This document shows positions 1 through 11,400 of a DNA stretch of 64,000 nt, one piece after another. Position 1 is the stretch's first letter. Every line of letters starts with the position of its first letter. Source of the DNA: Schmidtea polychroa (lineage: Eukaryota). The position numbers and the translations under genes were made by a program. Below the pieces are notes generated by a model, which searched no databases, was not told the DNA's origin, and saw nothing but the letters and a program-made list of their open reading frames with translations. Location: positions 26,474,001-26,538,000 of the forward strand of contig CM097888.1 in the NCBI GenBank assembly GCA_044892525.1, read 5' to 3'.

Positions 1-22
1 TTCTGTATTTAATTTTTCATAC

Positions 23-3000
23 TTAGTTTTGTAAACATCACGTTCAGTAACCAATTCTTCTTTCTCATCTAAGCATTGCTCTAGATCACGCCGTAGTTGT
101 TTGTACTTATTAACAATATATAAATAATTTCTTATAAACCCATAATTAAATTATGAAATTCAATTTCAATACGAACATTTTTATCTGAGTTTGATTTTAT
201 GCTATCCAAAAAACTTTGTTATTTACTCGATTTAATTTAACACGATCCAAAAAAATTCATTTTTCAAATTGAATTAAATTTTGCAGGAAAAAGTATATTT
301 TGACTTACAATTTCAAGAAATAAGTCATCTAAGATAAGTTTTTATCGAGAATGAAATGATTAATGTTATCCTTAAGATATCAGATTCCAAAGAAAATATT
401 TAAAATGAAGAGATTCTTAACTGTATGTAGATTTATTCAATTAGACTAATATTTTTGTATGTATGATCTTGTTAAAGAATAAGTTGTCAATTTTCAACGC
501 TAGTTCAAATTATTGACAGATAATGACAGAGATCTCCATATAAAAAATATATACAAAATATACATACTCAGAGTTTATCCGACAAAATATTTTGTTCCCC
601 TATGGGTATTGGTCTCAAGGCTACTGATCACACTCAACATGTCGCAATGGTATATTATCAACAACATTTATACCACGACATTTTGGCCGCGACATTTTGT
701 CCGTGACATTTTGTCCGTGACATTTTGTCCGTGACATTTTGTCCGTGACATTTTGTCCGTGACATTTTGTCCGTGACATTTTGTCCGTGACATTTTGTCC
801 GTGACATTTTGTCCTATGACATTTTGTCCTATGACATTTTGTCCACGACATTTTGTCCTATGACATTTTGTCCTATGACATTTTGTCCACGACATTTTGT
901 CCGTGACATTTTGTCCGGCTACCCGGTGAATGTTATTTTACATTTTATTGTCAAAAAATAGCAGCAATTAAAAATTAACTATTACCTTTTAAAAGTAAAA
1001 AAATTAATTTTTTTCTTCACTTTCGATCTGTTTTTTTTAATTTCATTTATTTTCTATATAACACAAATTTTAAGTAATTCCATTTTCAAAATATATTTAA
1101 GTGCTATTACTATTAGAAGCTGCTAACACATCTTCTAAATTATTTTTTAAATCCGGTTCAAAAGTTAACGACATAATACCAAATATTTATTTAATGAAAT
1201 ATTGTATAATTTCCAAACAAATTTTCAGCGTTGAATAAAATATTTCAAAAACCATTTATTAAAATTTCGATATTTAAAATATATTTATTTAAAAATGATT
1301 TACTAATAAAAGCTTGTCTAATTTTTTAATTTAAAAATTTCAATTTAAAAATGTTTTTAAAAGTAATTTTAAATAGCCAATTATTTATCATTTAAAATTA
1401 TTTTAATAAATCATCGAAATATTTAATTCTCAGCTGAAAACACTTCACAATTACATTTAGCTATTCCTATACGTTTATAAGTTTAATTTAATTTTATTAA
1501 ATTTATTGCGCTATTTTTCATTTTAATAATAAATTTGTGGATTTTTTTCAATAGATACAATATTTTAGTTAACACATGTTTTTGAGGAAGGTATGTATCA
1601 TGTAACTATAATTAAAAAATGTTTAATTTCTTCACATTTAATCTGTTATTTACAATTTAGTTAATTTCCATTCAACGCAAATACAATTGTTTAGCGAGTG
1701 TTGACATAAATAATGTGCAATTATGCTTATCTTAATTTCTTTTAAAATATAGTACATAATATTTAATATTCATAAACCAAATTATTCTCTGAATGAAACC
1801 TATATGACAACTTGTCCAGGACATATTACTTAGGTTTTAGTAAATCATTAGGATATTGTAAGAAAATAACCTTTTAAAGTAATATTTTAAAATCATATAA
1901 TTGAGAACTGAAATTGAAGTACAAAATAATTTTAATGAAAACTGCTCATTTTCGATTGCCCCCTCCAGTAGGACGTGGGACACGAAATAGAAAACAAAAC
2001 ATCGGAGATAAATGAAATTATAAATAAAAACAAGTCAAATGTGAAGAATATAAAATTTTTTAATGACATACCTTTGTATGTATAAACATTAAGACGAGAT
2101 AAAATATTCTATTTATTTTAAAATCTGCCCTAAAAAACTCGCAAAATTCAATTCCAGATTAAAATTTCCTTTCAGTCAAAAAATTCTTTATTTTCCTAAT
2201 CAAAATTTTAAATCAATAACCAAGTCAAAAATTTAGAAATAATAATTTTTTTGCTTTATAAATTTGTTTGCATTCTCAAATAATTTCACTAATATCGATC
2301 AAGTACCTTCCAAATGTATTTTTACTAAAAATGAAAAATAATCACTGTACTGTTTACCTCGTTAATATTATAATAATAAACAATTATTTATATTATTTTA
2401 AATCATAAAAAATATATCATTTCAATATATAAAATCTAACACTTATATAATAATTCGACATCATATAAGGACAAATGTATATATTTCCATCAATAAAAGG
2501 AAATTTATTCAAACCCAGATAATAACATTCAAATATTTCCACCGCAAAATATTCTTTAAAATCCTCAAATTATTTACAGATTTTATCCCCAGATAACTCA
2601 ATTGCCAATAAAATTTATATGATGTTTAATTATTTATCAGCTATCCTGACTACTTTTAACTTAATATACTGATTCGCACAATTAACACAAAAATATTGAT
2701 TTTATTAAATTTGAAACCTTAACCAAATCAATAAAATATAAAACACATTTCGTATGTCTTTATAAATTATAATTATCTCTGAATAGCCATCTGATTGGAC
2801 ATTTTAAAAATACTGACAACTTCTTAAGTATTCAAATAGTTAAAAAATAGAACATTATTTTTTAATTATTTTATTGCGTAATAATTAAACAACAAAATCT
2901 TTATTTGTATACATAATCATATGGATAAAGAAAATATCATATAGTGCCTCCTTGGTTTTAGACTGAGTTTAAAGCGGATAACTAGAATTAATAACTAGTG

Positions 3001-3712
3001 ATTAGAGTGTCTGAAAATTATTTTTAAATATTACATAACTATAAATGGAAGAGAAATAAGAAATAACTGGAGAGCTAAAGAGTAAAGACACCAGGGATAA
3101 TAAGGGAAAACATCAAGAAACAAAGAGAACATACTATGTGGGAAAATGGGAACAGTAGTCGTTAAAAGACATTTAAGAAGTGGAAAAATACAGTGGAATT
3201 TTAAGCGAATTGCAAATTTGGATTTAGATTTGATTTATAATTTTGATTTGTATTCTGAAATTTGAAATATGGAAGATAATGAATATTTGAAATATCGTAT
3301 TTCAATGAGCAATATAGCGAAGGTAATATTTGAAAGTTATAGACAAGCGTTTTGTGTCTGTTGCGCGAAGAGATGTCTTCTCAGCAGTGAAACTTGTCCA
3401 TGTGATTGTGGCTCAACAAGATCGTTGTAAATTATTAATGGAAAATTTCTAATGGACATTAATTCAATTTCTCAAATGTTTATTCGCCAAAGTGTTGAAC
3501 AATTATCCAATGCTTCATTTCTAATGGACATTAATTCAATTTCTCAAATGTTTATTCGCCAAAGTGTTGAACAATATCCAATGTTTCCAATTCAATCATG
3601 GCTCAATCTCAAGTTATTGGACTCGTTAAATGGTTTGATAAACAATGGTTGTGTGAAAATAGAGCGTGTGATACGACTAATTACAAGGAAATTCTTTTGA
3701 TTTGTTTTAGAC

Positions 3713-3809
<97 letters not shown>

Positions 3810-5250
3810 TTTGGATAAATATGGTAAACATAAAATAAACACAACATCTCCTTTATCTTCATTTCTTTTTCAGACTATTTATCAATATTTTATATTATAT
3901 TTTTAGCACGAATTTTCAGAATGGCTTTATCCAAGTATTTTTCAACTATTTCATTTATTAACGCTAATAAAAACGAAAATACTATTATTTGATAATTTAT
4001 ATTTTAAATTACTTTCATTGGATTATAATTTATGTACTTAGAAAAGATTAAACAGAAGTAGTTGTGAGTTGAATGTTGATAAAATGCGGTTTCAGTGTTA
4101 ACATTATTTGTAGGGAATTCGTAAGCCCGTCCTGTAAAAGTTACGATGGGGTTAATTTATGTGCCCGTTTCCCAATGTCCCTTGATTTGTTTTTGATGCG
4201 TTTAATATGATAGATTTAAAAAAAATCAAAAAAACAACTTGAAAAGGGTTCCAAAACATAAATCTGTGATAAATATAAAACAAAATGAGACTGAAAAGGG
4301 AAATAAAGGAAATGGGTAAAAGATCAATAGTGAAGGTAAACGATTTAACTGACACAATTTATAATTCCATATCAACGAAATGAATGTTACTTTATCTGTC
4401 ATTTCCTCTATTCTACCCACCAAAGCCACTCTTTCATGCTGAGGAAAATTCCTGATAGAAATTCCACTATCTTCAACAACTCCAATATTTTTCCTCGTGA
4501 GTTGTTCACGCAGCAACTTGATATCTCCTTGATATTCGGATAATTTACGTTTTTTCTCTTCTAATTCAAATTGTAACACTTTATTTGCTTCTCTACTTTC
4601 GTGCAAAAGTGATATCAGCTGGAAGGAAGACACAATTCAAATAGTTATTAATAGTAAAATAATTGAAATTGCAAACATAGTAATATTTCTATAAAACAAT
4701 ATAAGTTGACATTTATTACATGTTAAAGTTTTTATTTAAATAGTTTCCTTTATAATTATTTACAAATTACAACATTTAAAAATACGATAAATAATATTCA
4801 TTTGGAAAAATTTCTTTTAAATTTAGAATTACTTTTAATTGCTTGCTGAATATATTACATTTTAATAACCTGTTGTGTTGTTAATTTAGCGTGCTTTTCG
4901 TCTATCATTTCAATTTTATGTGCACCTGAAAGCAATGATTTTCTTAAATCTTGATACCTATGTTGCACCTAAAATTTTTAGTGTGAAAATTTAATTATCT
5001 AAAAATTTACTTGTTCGGCCATTAATTTAAATTGGTCTCTTTCTAATTGATATTTATCCAGTTCTCGATGAATTATGATCAATGCTTCATTTTTACTAGA
5101 TAACTTGTTTTTTAATATTGCTATCTGGAATATGTAGGAATTGATATATAAATTTGCTATAAATAATCTTACATCATTTTTTAATGTCTCAATAACAGAT
5201 CCGATTTCATCCCCATAACTTTTATTGTTATTATCGTTTACTTTATCCAT
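23..5250 (-). CDS. CCDC149: Coiled-coil domain-containing protein 149, 5' part. Exons 5250-5173, 5124-5011, 4968-4870, 4618-4391 and 105-23; the gene continues beyond the window start.
   Basis: Phase-compatible GT-AG introns of 48, 42, 251 and 4285 nt. Spliced peptide contains KNKLSSKNEALIIIHRELDKYQLERDQFKLMAEQ, KLSEYQGDIKLLR, RNFPQHERVALV and LRRDLEQCLDEKEELVTERDVYK, colinear with CCDC149 motifs as I recall them (KRKLESKKEALLILSKELDTCQQERDQYKLMA; GEVQGDNKLLR; RHFAAHEREDLV). Confidence 0.85.
677..916. repeat. Tandem minisatellite, about 17 units of GACATTTTGTCC(GT/AC/TAT), period 14-15 bp
   Basis: Read directly from the sequence. It accounts for the spurious ORFs at 513-895. Confidence 0.97.
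3045..3200 (+). mobile_element. Possible decayed gypsy/Mag integrase C-terminal remnant
   Basis: Frameshifted pieces RNNW, PGII, RTYYV and GTVVKRHL resemble the W-x-PG-x-I...Y-x-V...G-x-V-x-KRH tail of gypsy integrases. Confidence 0.3.
3446..3583. repeat. 72-bp tandem duplication
   Basis: TTTCTAATGGACATTAATTCAATTTCTCAAATGTTTATTCGCCAAAGTGTTGAACAA occurs at 3446 and 3518. Confidence 0.9.
3715..3804. repeat. (AT)n microsatellite, about 45 units
   Basis: Read directly from the sequence. Confidence 0.98.
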
Positions 5251-5567
5251 ATTTTGGAATAAAAATCATTCGTTATAAATAATTCAATAAACAATAATTA
5301 GCAAATAAATATTAATATTAATAAATTATTTCAGCCTTGTGTTACCCTTAATTATTAAAACAATGTGATAACGTTGAAAATTCAACTTTATTTTTCAAAA
5401 TGAATTGTGTATATTTAATACATAATCCGATAAACTATAATTGTAATTTAAACTACATATTTATTTGAAAGTAATAAATTTAAAAATATTATAGATAATT
5501 TTGATTTTATGTTTGATTACTTTTTTATTATTAGGCAAATTGGTTATTAGGCATATTTTATTTACAG

Positions 5568-6097
5568 TTACGAGATTCATGTCTAACGTGCGAGTGGTGG
5601 CATTCGCGCAATCAAAATAATTTTGTAATTACTACTTCTAATATGTATATTCAAAAGTATTATAAAAATCTCACAAATTTAATCTGTATAAATGGCTGAG
5701 TTAGTGGTTCTATGACGACTACGAAAAAACCTGTCGTCCATTGCTATATAATGACGTTGAAGAGCCAGATGAGTGGATATCGGCAAAAGGTGAGCTTCTG
5801 TCGGGCATTGATAAGTCTCCTGTATACCACAGGTCCATGGACTACCGACTGAAGGTCAGATTTCTATCTCTTACACTTTATAGGTCTATTTTTATTTTAA
5901 AAATTTGGACAACATAAAATTTATGAACTATAATCAAAGGTGTTTTCTATTGATGATGATAAGTTTTCTTCAAAATGACAAGATCATATAATGTACATTA
6001 GCACTAGCATTTTGTGTTTTGCGCATCGTTATGTATACCTGGTTTGTTTGTGTATCTCATTGTGCGTCTAATTAATGTAACCAAACTGTTTAATTAA
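5568..6097 (+). CDS. Unidentified multi-exon gene candidate with a possible C-terminal transmembrane segment
   Basis: GC-richer exon-like blocks with splice-like borders: LRDSCLTCEWWHSRNQNNF; WFYDDYEKTCRPLLYNDVEEPDEWISAKGELLSGIDKSPVYHRSMDYRLK; FVFCASLCIPGLFVYLIVRLINVTKLFN*. Exon joins are not resolved. Confidence 0.3.
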
Positions 6098-6615
6098 TTA
6101 CTATAATTTTTAGTATATTAATTATTATTTTGTTAATTTTTTATTAATAAATTAATTTGGGAATTTTTATTTTTTTTTTGTTGTTTTAGATTATTTTCAT
6201 TTAATTTTCTTTTATTGTATAATTTTTATTTGCCATGTTGATGTCATTAATTTTTATACTTAAAATTCATTTTTTTTATAATATAAACGTAGCTGGTCAA
6301 AATTAGTGTTTACTTTTAATTTGTTGTTATAAAATGAAGGCATTTTCTTTATAATAAACATTTAAATGCAATTAATATGGCAATAAAAGTAACCGAATTA
6401 TTATTAAATGCACACAGGGTACTATATTTTTAAGTGTAGTTCTGAAAGTTATTTAGTCACACCTTAACAAATCTTTCAATGATCCTGAAATTTAAATACG
6501 ATTTACCATAACTTTGTTTATCTACTTATATGACAGCGTTGATAATCACGTTGGGCTCTATGGCCGCATTGAGGTTGTCCAAGGACAGTCAAGTTGGTTT
6601 TAAAGTAAATAATTA

Positions 6616-7515
6616 CCAGAGTTTACCAAAAGCAAGACCTGGCTTTGCTTTCGAAAAAATGAGGTTTATAAGAAAAAATTAAAAATTCGAAAGTAAGACT
6701 TATCTCTACCGGAGAATTAGATTAAATAATAAAAATTAAAAAAAATAATGATTCATAATTTATTCATGAGAACTGCTTGATAAATCACAAATTTCTTTCG
6801 AATCTTCACTAAAAATCAATTCTTCATTAGTTAACAAAATAGTTCTAAGTTTTTGATTATATTTTTCAATCTCAATTGCTTCATTCTGCTCAAAGCCACC
6901 AGGTGGTGAGAAAAATTAATTATTTAGAATACGAGCTTTGGGTACTTTCTTTAATCCCTTTAAAATGACCATTCCCTTAGCCATTTTACTTCCTTTGGAA
7001 ATGCAAAACATAACAGTCAATCTTGATTTTGAATGTCCTGTTGTATTTACTTCGGTATTTTTTCTCCGTTGAAAGAAACCGCCCTGCTATCAACCATATC
7101 TATTTTTATTGGTGTGTAATTGTATAATTGCTCTTCTAAAAGCGGATAAAGTGGCTTCTCCCGCATCCAATTTTGAAAGAGTCGCGTTTACTACTACAAT
7201 CAAAAAAACATCCTTTTTGAAAACCCAGCCCCGAATCATTTTGCAGGTTACTCTGGTTTCATCTGCGGTTTTTGTCATATTCGCGCCATTGATTCTTAAT
7301 CTTTCAATTGTTTCAAGTTTAAATGTAATATTATAGGATTTTCTGTGGCTACTCATAATAAGGTTGAATTTTTTTAAAAATTTAAATATTATATCGATTT
7401 TTATTGAAAAAATTACACAAGCTTTAAAATTTCAAAAAAATTAATTTAATAATTTCAACTCTGAAAGCAAGACCATGGTCTTACTTTAAGGGGTCTTACT
7501 TTCGGTAAACTCCGG
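6616..7515 (-). mobile_element. Internally deleted pogo-like (Tc1/mariner superfamily) DNA transposon, 900 bp
   Basis: TA flanks on both sides. 24-bp TIRs CCAGAGTTTACCAAAAGCAAGACC and revcomp CCGGAGTTTACCGAAAGTAAGACC (21/24). N-terminal HTH-like RKSYNITFKLETIE...MIRGW and DDE_1-like TTGHSKSRLTVMFCISKGSKMAKGMVILKG. Confidence 0.85.
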
Positions 7516-8481
7516 TAAGTATTATTTCATTACGTAAAGGAAGTGAAAATTGTAAAATACTGGATTTTAACCTCAGGAGGAATTAAGAAAACTAGATTAG
7601 GTAAAAAGGAAATTTATTGAAAGAGAAAGAAGTCAATTATTGAAATGAGGTTCTGAAAATATTCTGAGATTAATTATAGAAAGTGAATATTATTTTTAAT
7701 TGTGCAAAGTCTTGGCACCAAACATAATAATTGATAAGCTCAGTTGAACTATTTATTCTGTTAGCAGTGTAATAGTAGAAGTATGACCCATCAGACATTT
7801 GACTTAATTAATTTTCTTAAGTAATTTTTTTCGATTAAAATTAAAAATTATTTTTCAATGAAAAAATCCTAAGTATCATTTCTCGAATGAAACATTAAAA
7901 TTTATTTTTAAATGATAAAGTTCAGATAATATTTAAAAACCTTAAAATTTACATATTATTAAATATAAGTATAAAAATGAATAAATAAATATTAATTTTA
8001 AAAGTATAAAGTATATTAATTTAAATTTTTAATTAATTTAAACAAATAATTAATCTTTTTACAAGACAAAAATTCCATATTGCTTCAAATTGACATAACC
8101 CCCTCACTATAGTGTTTCAAATTTACACTACCCTTCCCCTCACTATAGTGCTTTATATTGGCATTACCCCCTCACTATTTAATAAAAAATATTTAATAAA
8201 ATATTATAAGCCACATATCTTTGAAAAAATATTTTAAGGGTCTCAAAAAAGCTTCAGATTGACATGTACAGAAAAATTAATTAATCAAAGGTTAATCAAA
8301 TCAGAAGTCCGCTACAGTCAACACGATACTCGAGAGGAATAAAATAAAAGATACCTAATAACTAGGCCTTCCATTAACATCTAAGTGAAAACTTCCAAGA
8401 CAAAACAAAGCGATAAAATAAATTTATATTCTCACAAAATTGCAAAATCTTGTCAAAACATTTTAATCTCAAAAATAAAAT

Positions 8482-11400
8482 TCATATAAAACTGACAACA
8501 TTAGTTTTCAAAAAGTTTGTCTTTTTAGATTTTAGATTCAAATTATTATTTGACACTCTTTTTGTATGATTTGATGAATAACTATAAGGAATATTGGGAA
8601 GAACCCTTTGGAAATTAGGTTTTCTTTCTTTTCTTGTAGAGGAAATATCATTTCCCACTCTTTGATTCGTCTCATCTGTTTCTTCCTGAATAATTTCAAT
8701 AATTGTATTACTTTTGTATTTCTGATGTGAAAGATTTTCCAATTCTTTATCTTTAATGGTGACCACTGACTCCAGGTGATGAACTTTCTTTTTCAATTCA
8801 TTTATTATGTCCATAAATTCATTTCTTTCATTTGATTCTATTTTTATGTGTTTATATTTTTCCGGGACATTTTCCGGCGATAAAACACCAAAAATGAAAT
8901 TTTCTTGCATTTCTATCTGCTCATAAAGTTGACCAATTTTATTATTAATAGCAATTTCGTAATTTCCCATCACTGTTGTCAAATTTGCTGTTGGGTCATT
9001 GGTGGAATTTATTTGAAATCTTTGTTTTACTGATTGGATTTCGATTTTCAAATTTTCAAAAATCTTCATTTCTTCGACAAGGTTATGATACAAGTTGGTC
9101 ATAGTTTCAAATAAATTTTGAAAGATCTCCAACTGTTTATCTATGTCGAACTTTTTTACATGAGATTCTGATGATTCTCGAATTAAAAGAGAATGCGAAT
9201 CCGATGAATTCTGTAAAATGGTTCGGATCGTTGAAGACATTTTAGTAACCATATTTTTAAACAGATTGAGTGAGCGCTCTATTCTTTGAATTTCTTTGTC
9301 GTTGGCTGTATTAAATTTGGCAGCTATTACCAATTCCTCTTCCTGTTGTTGTTTTCGCTTTTTATGTTCCTCAATTAGTAAGTTAAGTTCCTCTTGCTTT
9401 TCTATCAATTTTGTTTCAATTGCGGTTAACTAAAAATATAAAAATTTTAAGAATCTCTTTTCTAAAATATTTAATTAAATTTTAAAATATTTTATTATAA
9501 AAACTATGATTAAATTTAATACGAAATAACACGGTTCACTAGACACTTCAACCGAATAGACTTATAAGAGGTAACCTTTTTTTGTTTAAACAGGAAATAT
9601 ATCTATAGTAAAACGGATGTCTTTTAAAAATGAATTGTTGGCAGTAGATAAAGAATTGCAGATAAAGAATTCATAAATTGGAACCTGAATAAGAAAGATT
9701 TTTGAATACAAATAAATTTTTATAGTTAACCGTTTTTCCTTTTTAGGTAATTTGAATTGTTATTAATTAAAGATGGTTATAAGTTTTTACATTCGCAAAA
9801 CATTCTAATTATCAAACGTTGACTGTTAATAAATGTAATAATAATAAACAGTTGTATAAATTTATGAATGGTTTGGGGCGTGACTTTGGATGGTCCTAAG
9901 AATTGGTGTCAGAGGGCAATAAATGTATCAACTTGTTAGGGTTAGGCTTGAAAGAGTTAAGATAATTTTAGAATTAAAATCAAAAGTAGTTATTAAATTT
10001 TTTAGATCATTAAAGTTAAAAATTATATATAATCATTATTTCTGGGTTGATATAATCGTGTAAATTTGGAGACATCCCAAATATCTTTATTTTGACAAGC
10101 TACATGGAGTTGCTGCTAATTGTTAGTATCAGCTTTCGTTTCTTTGCAATACCTTTTCATATTGCGTATATTTTACATTGCGTATTTTATATTGCGTATT
10201 TTGCAGCTGTTATTTGTTAAGTAAATTATTAAAAAGCATATTGTTACCATATTTGTTTAGTTATTAAATAATTTACACGCAACACCGTTTTATTTGCAAT
10301 ACCTTTTGGAATCAGGTATTTGTTTAGATAAAGAACGAATTTATATAGTATTAGTCGTATCCCCGTTATTCAAACCTAACACATTGTGTAGGGGTCCAGT
10401 TTGTTAAATTATGACGTTGTCATAGTTTCAGTTGTTTTGGACCCGAAAAATTTCCTTAAAATTTATTTTATCTTACTATTTTTAAAAAATAAAAATGAAA
10501 CTGGTCAAGAATAGTAAAGAAAATATTTAATGATTTTTAAAATAATCAAATAGTTAAAGATAAAATTATTCTTCAAATTTATATTTCAAATAAATATTTC
10601 CTGATCTATGCGTACCAACTGTAACATTCAACAAAAGGTAATTTCACGCTTAGTTGAGGTTCATGCACTGCACAAGCTTCCGATTTTGAAACTTGAACTA
10701 CAAAAGACGTATCTGCCTTATATTCTTTTCCATAAATATTCACAACGGGGCGGCCTAAAATCAAATTATTTATGAATGTGATAATGAAATGAAAATTGAA
10801 TTTACCCTGTGCATCGAGGGTCCCAAAAAATCTTGGATATCGTCCTGATTGAGAAGCCGATGTCAAAAGTGCCATCATGAGAAGTGCTGATAAAATCAAT
10901 AATTTCATGGTTGATTGATTGGTGAAATGAATCGATATTCGATCAATCGATTGATTTTGAATTTATATTGATTTTTATAATTGAATGTGAAAATCGATTG
11001 AAATGTGCAGTTAAAGTTCTTTTGTTATTTTGATGATATGAAAAAATATTCGAATATATATTTTAATAAGAATTATATAAGAATTTGAAACTAAATTTAA
11101 ATGATGTTTTGTTATATCAATAATTTAATATTATATGAAAAATGTCGGTGAGATGTATTTAAAATTTAATATTATAAAATTGCAATAATATATAATTATT
11201 TATATATCCTTGAATTATTGATATAACAAAACATCATTTAAATTTAGTTTCAAATTCTTATATAATTCTTATTAAAATATATATTCGAATATTTTTTCAT
11301 ATCATCGAAATAACAAAAGAACTTTAACTGCACATTTCAATCGATTTTCACATTCAATTACAAAAATCAATATAAATTCAAAATCAATCGATTGATCGAA

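Noticed and set aside
677-916. CRISPR-like array, or the repetitive ORFs at 513-895
   Set aside because: There are no unique spacers; it is a plain tandem repeat in a eukaryotic intron.
3598-3906. GLVKWFD as a cold-shock domain
   Set aside because: There are no RNP motifs and the ORF runs into the (AT)n tract.
8095-8150. T7/T3/SP6 promoter-like CTCACTATAG suggesting vector contamination
   Set aside because: Only the short core matches; there is no full promoter or polylinker.
9936-9950. TTAGGGTTAGGC as an interstitial telomere
   Set aside because: Only two units; expected by chance.
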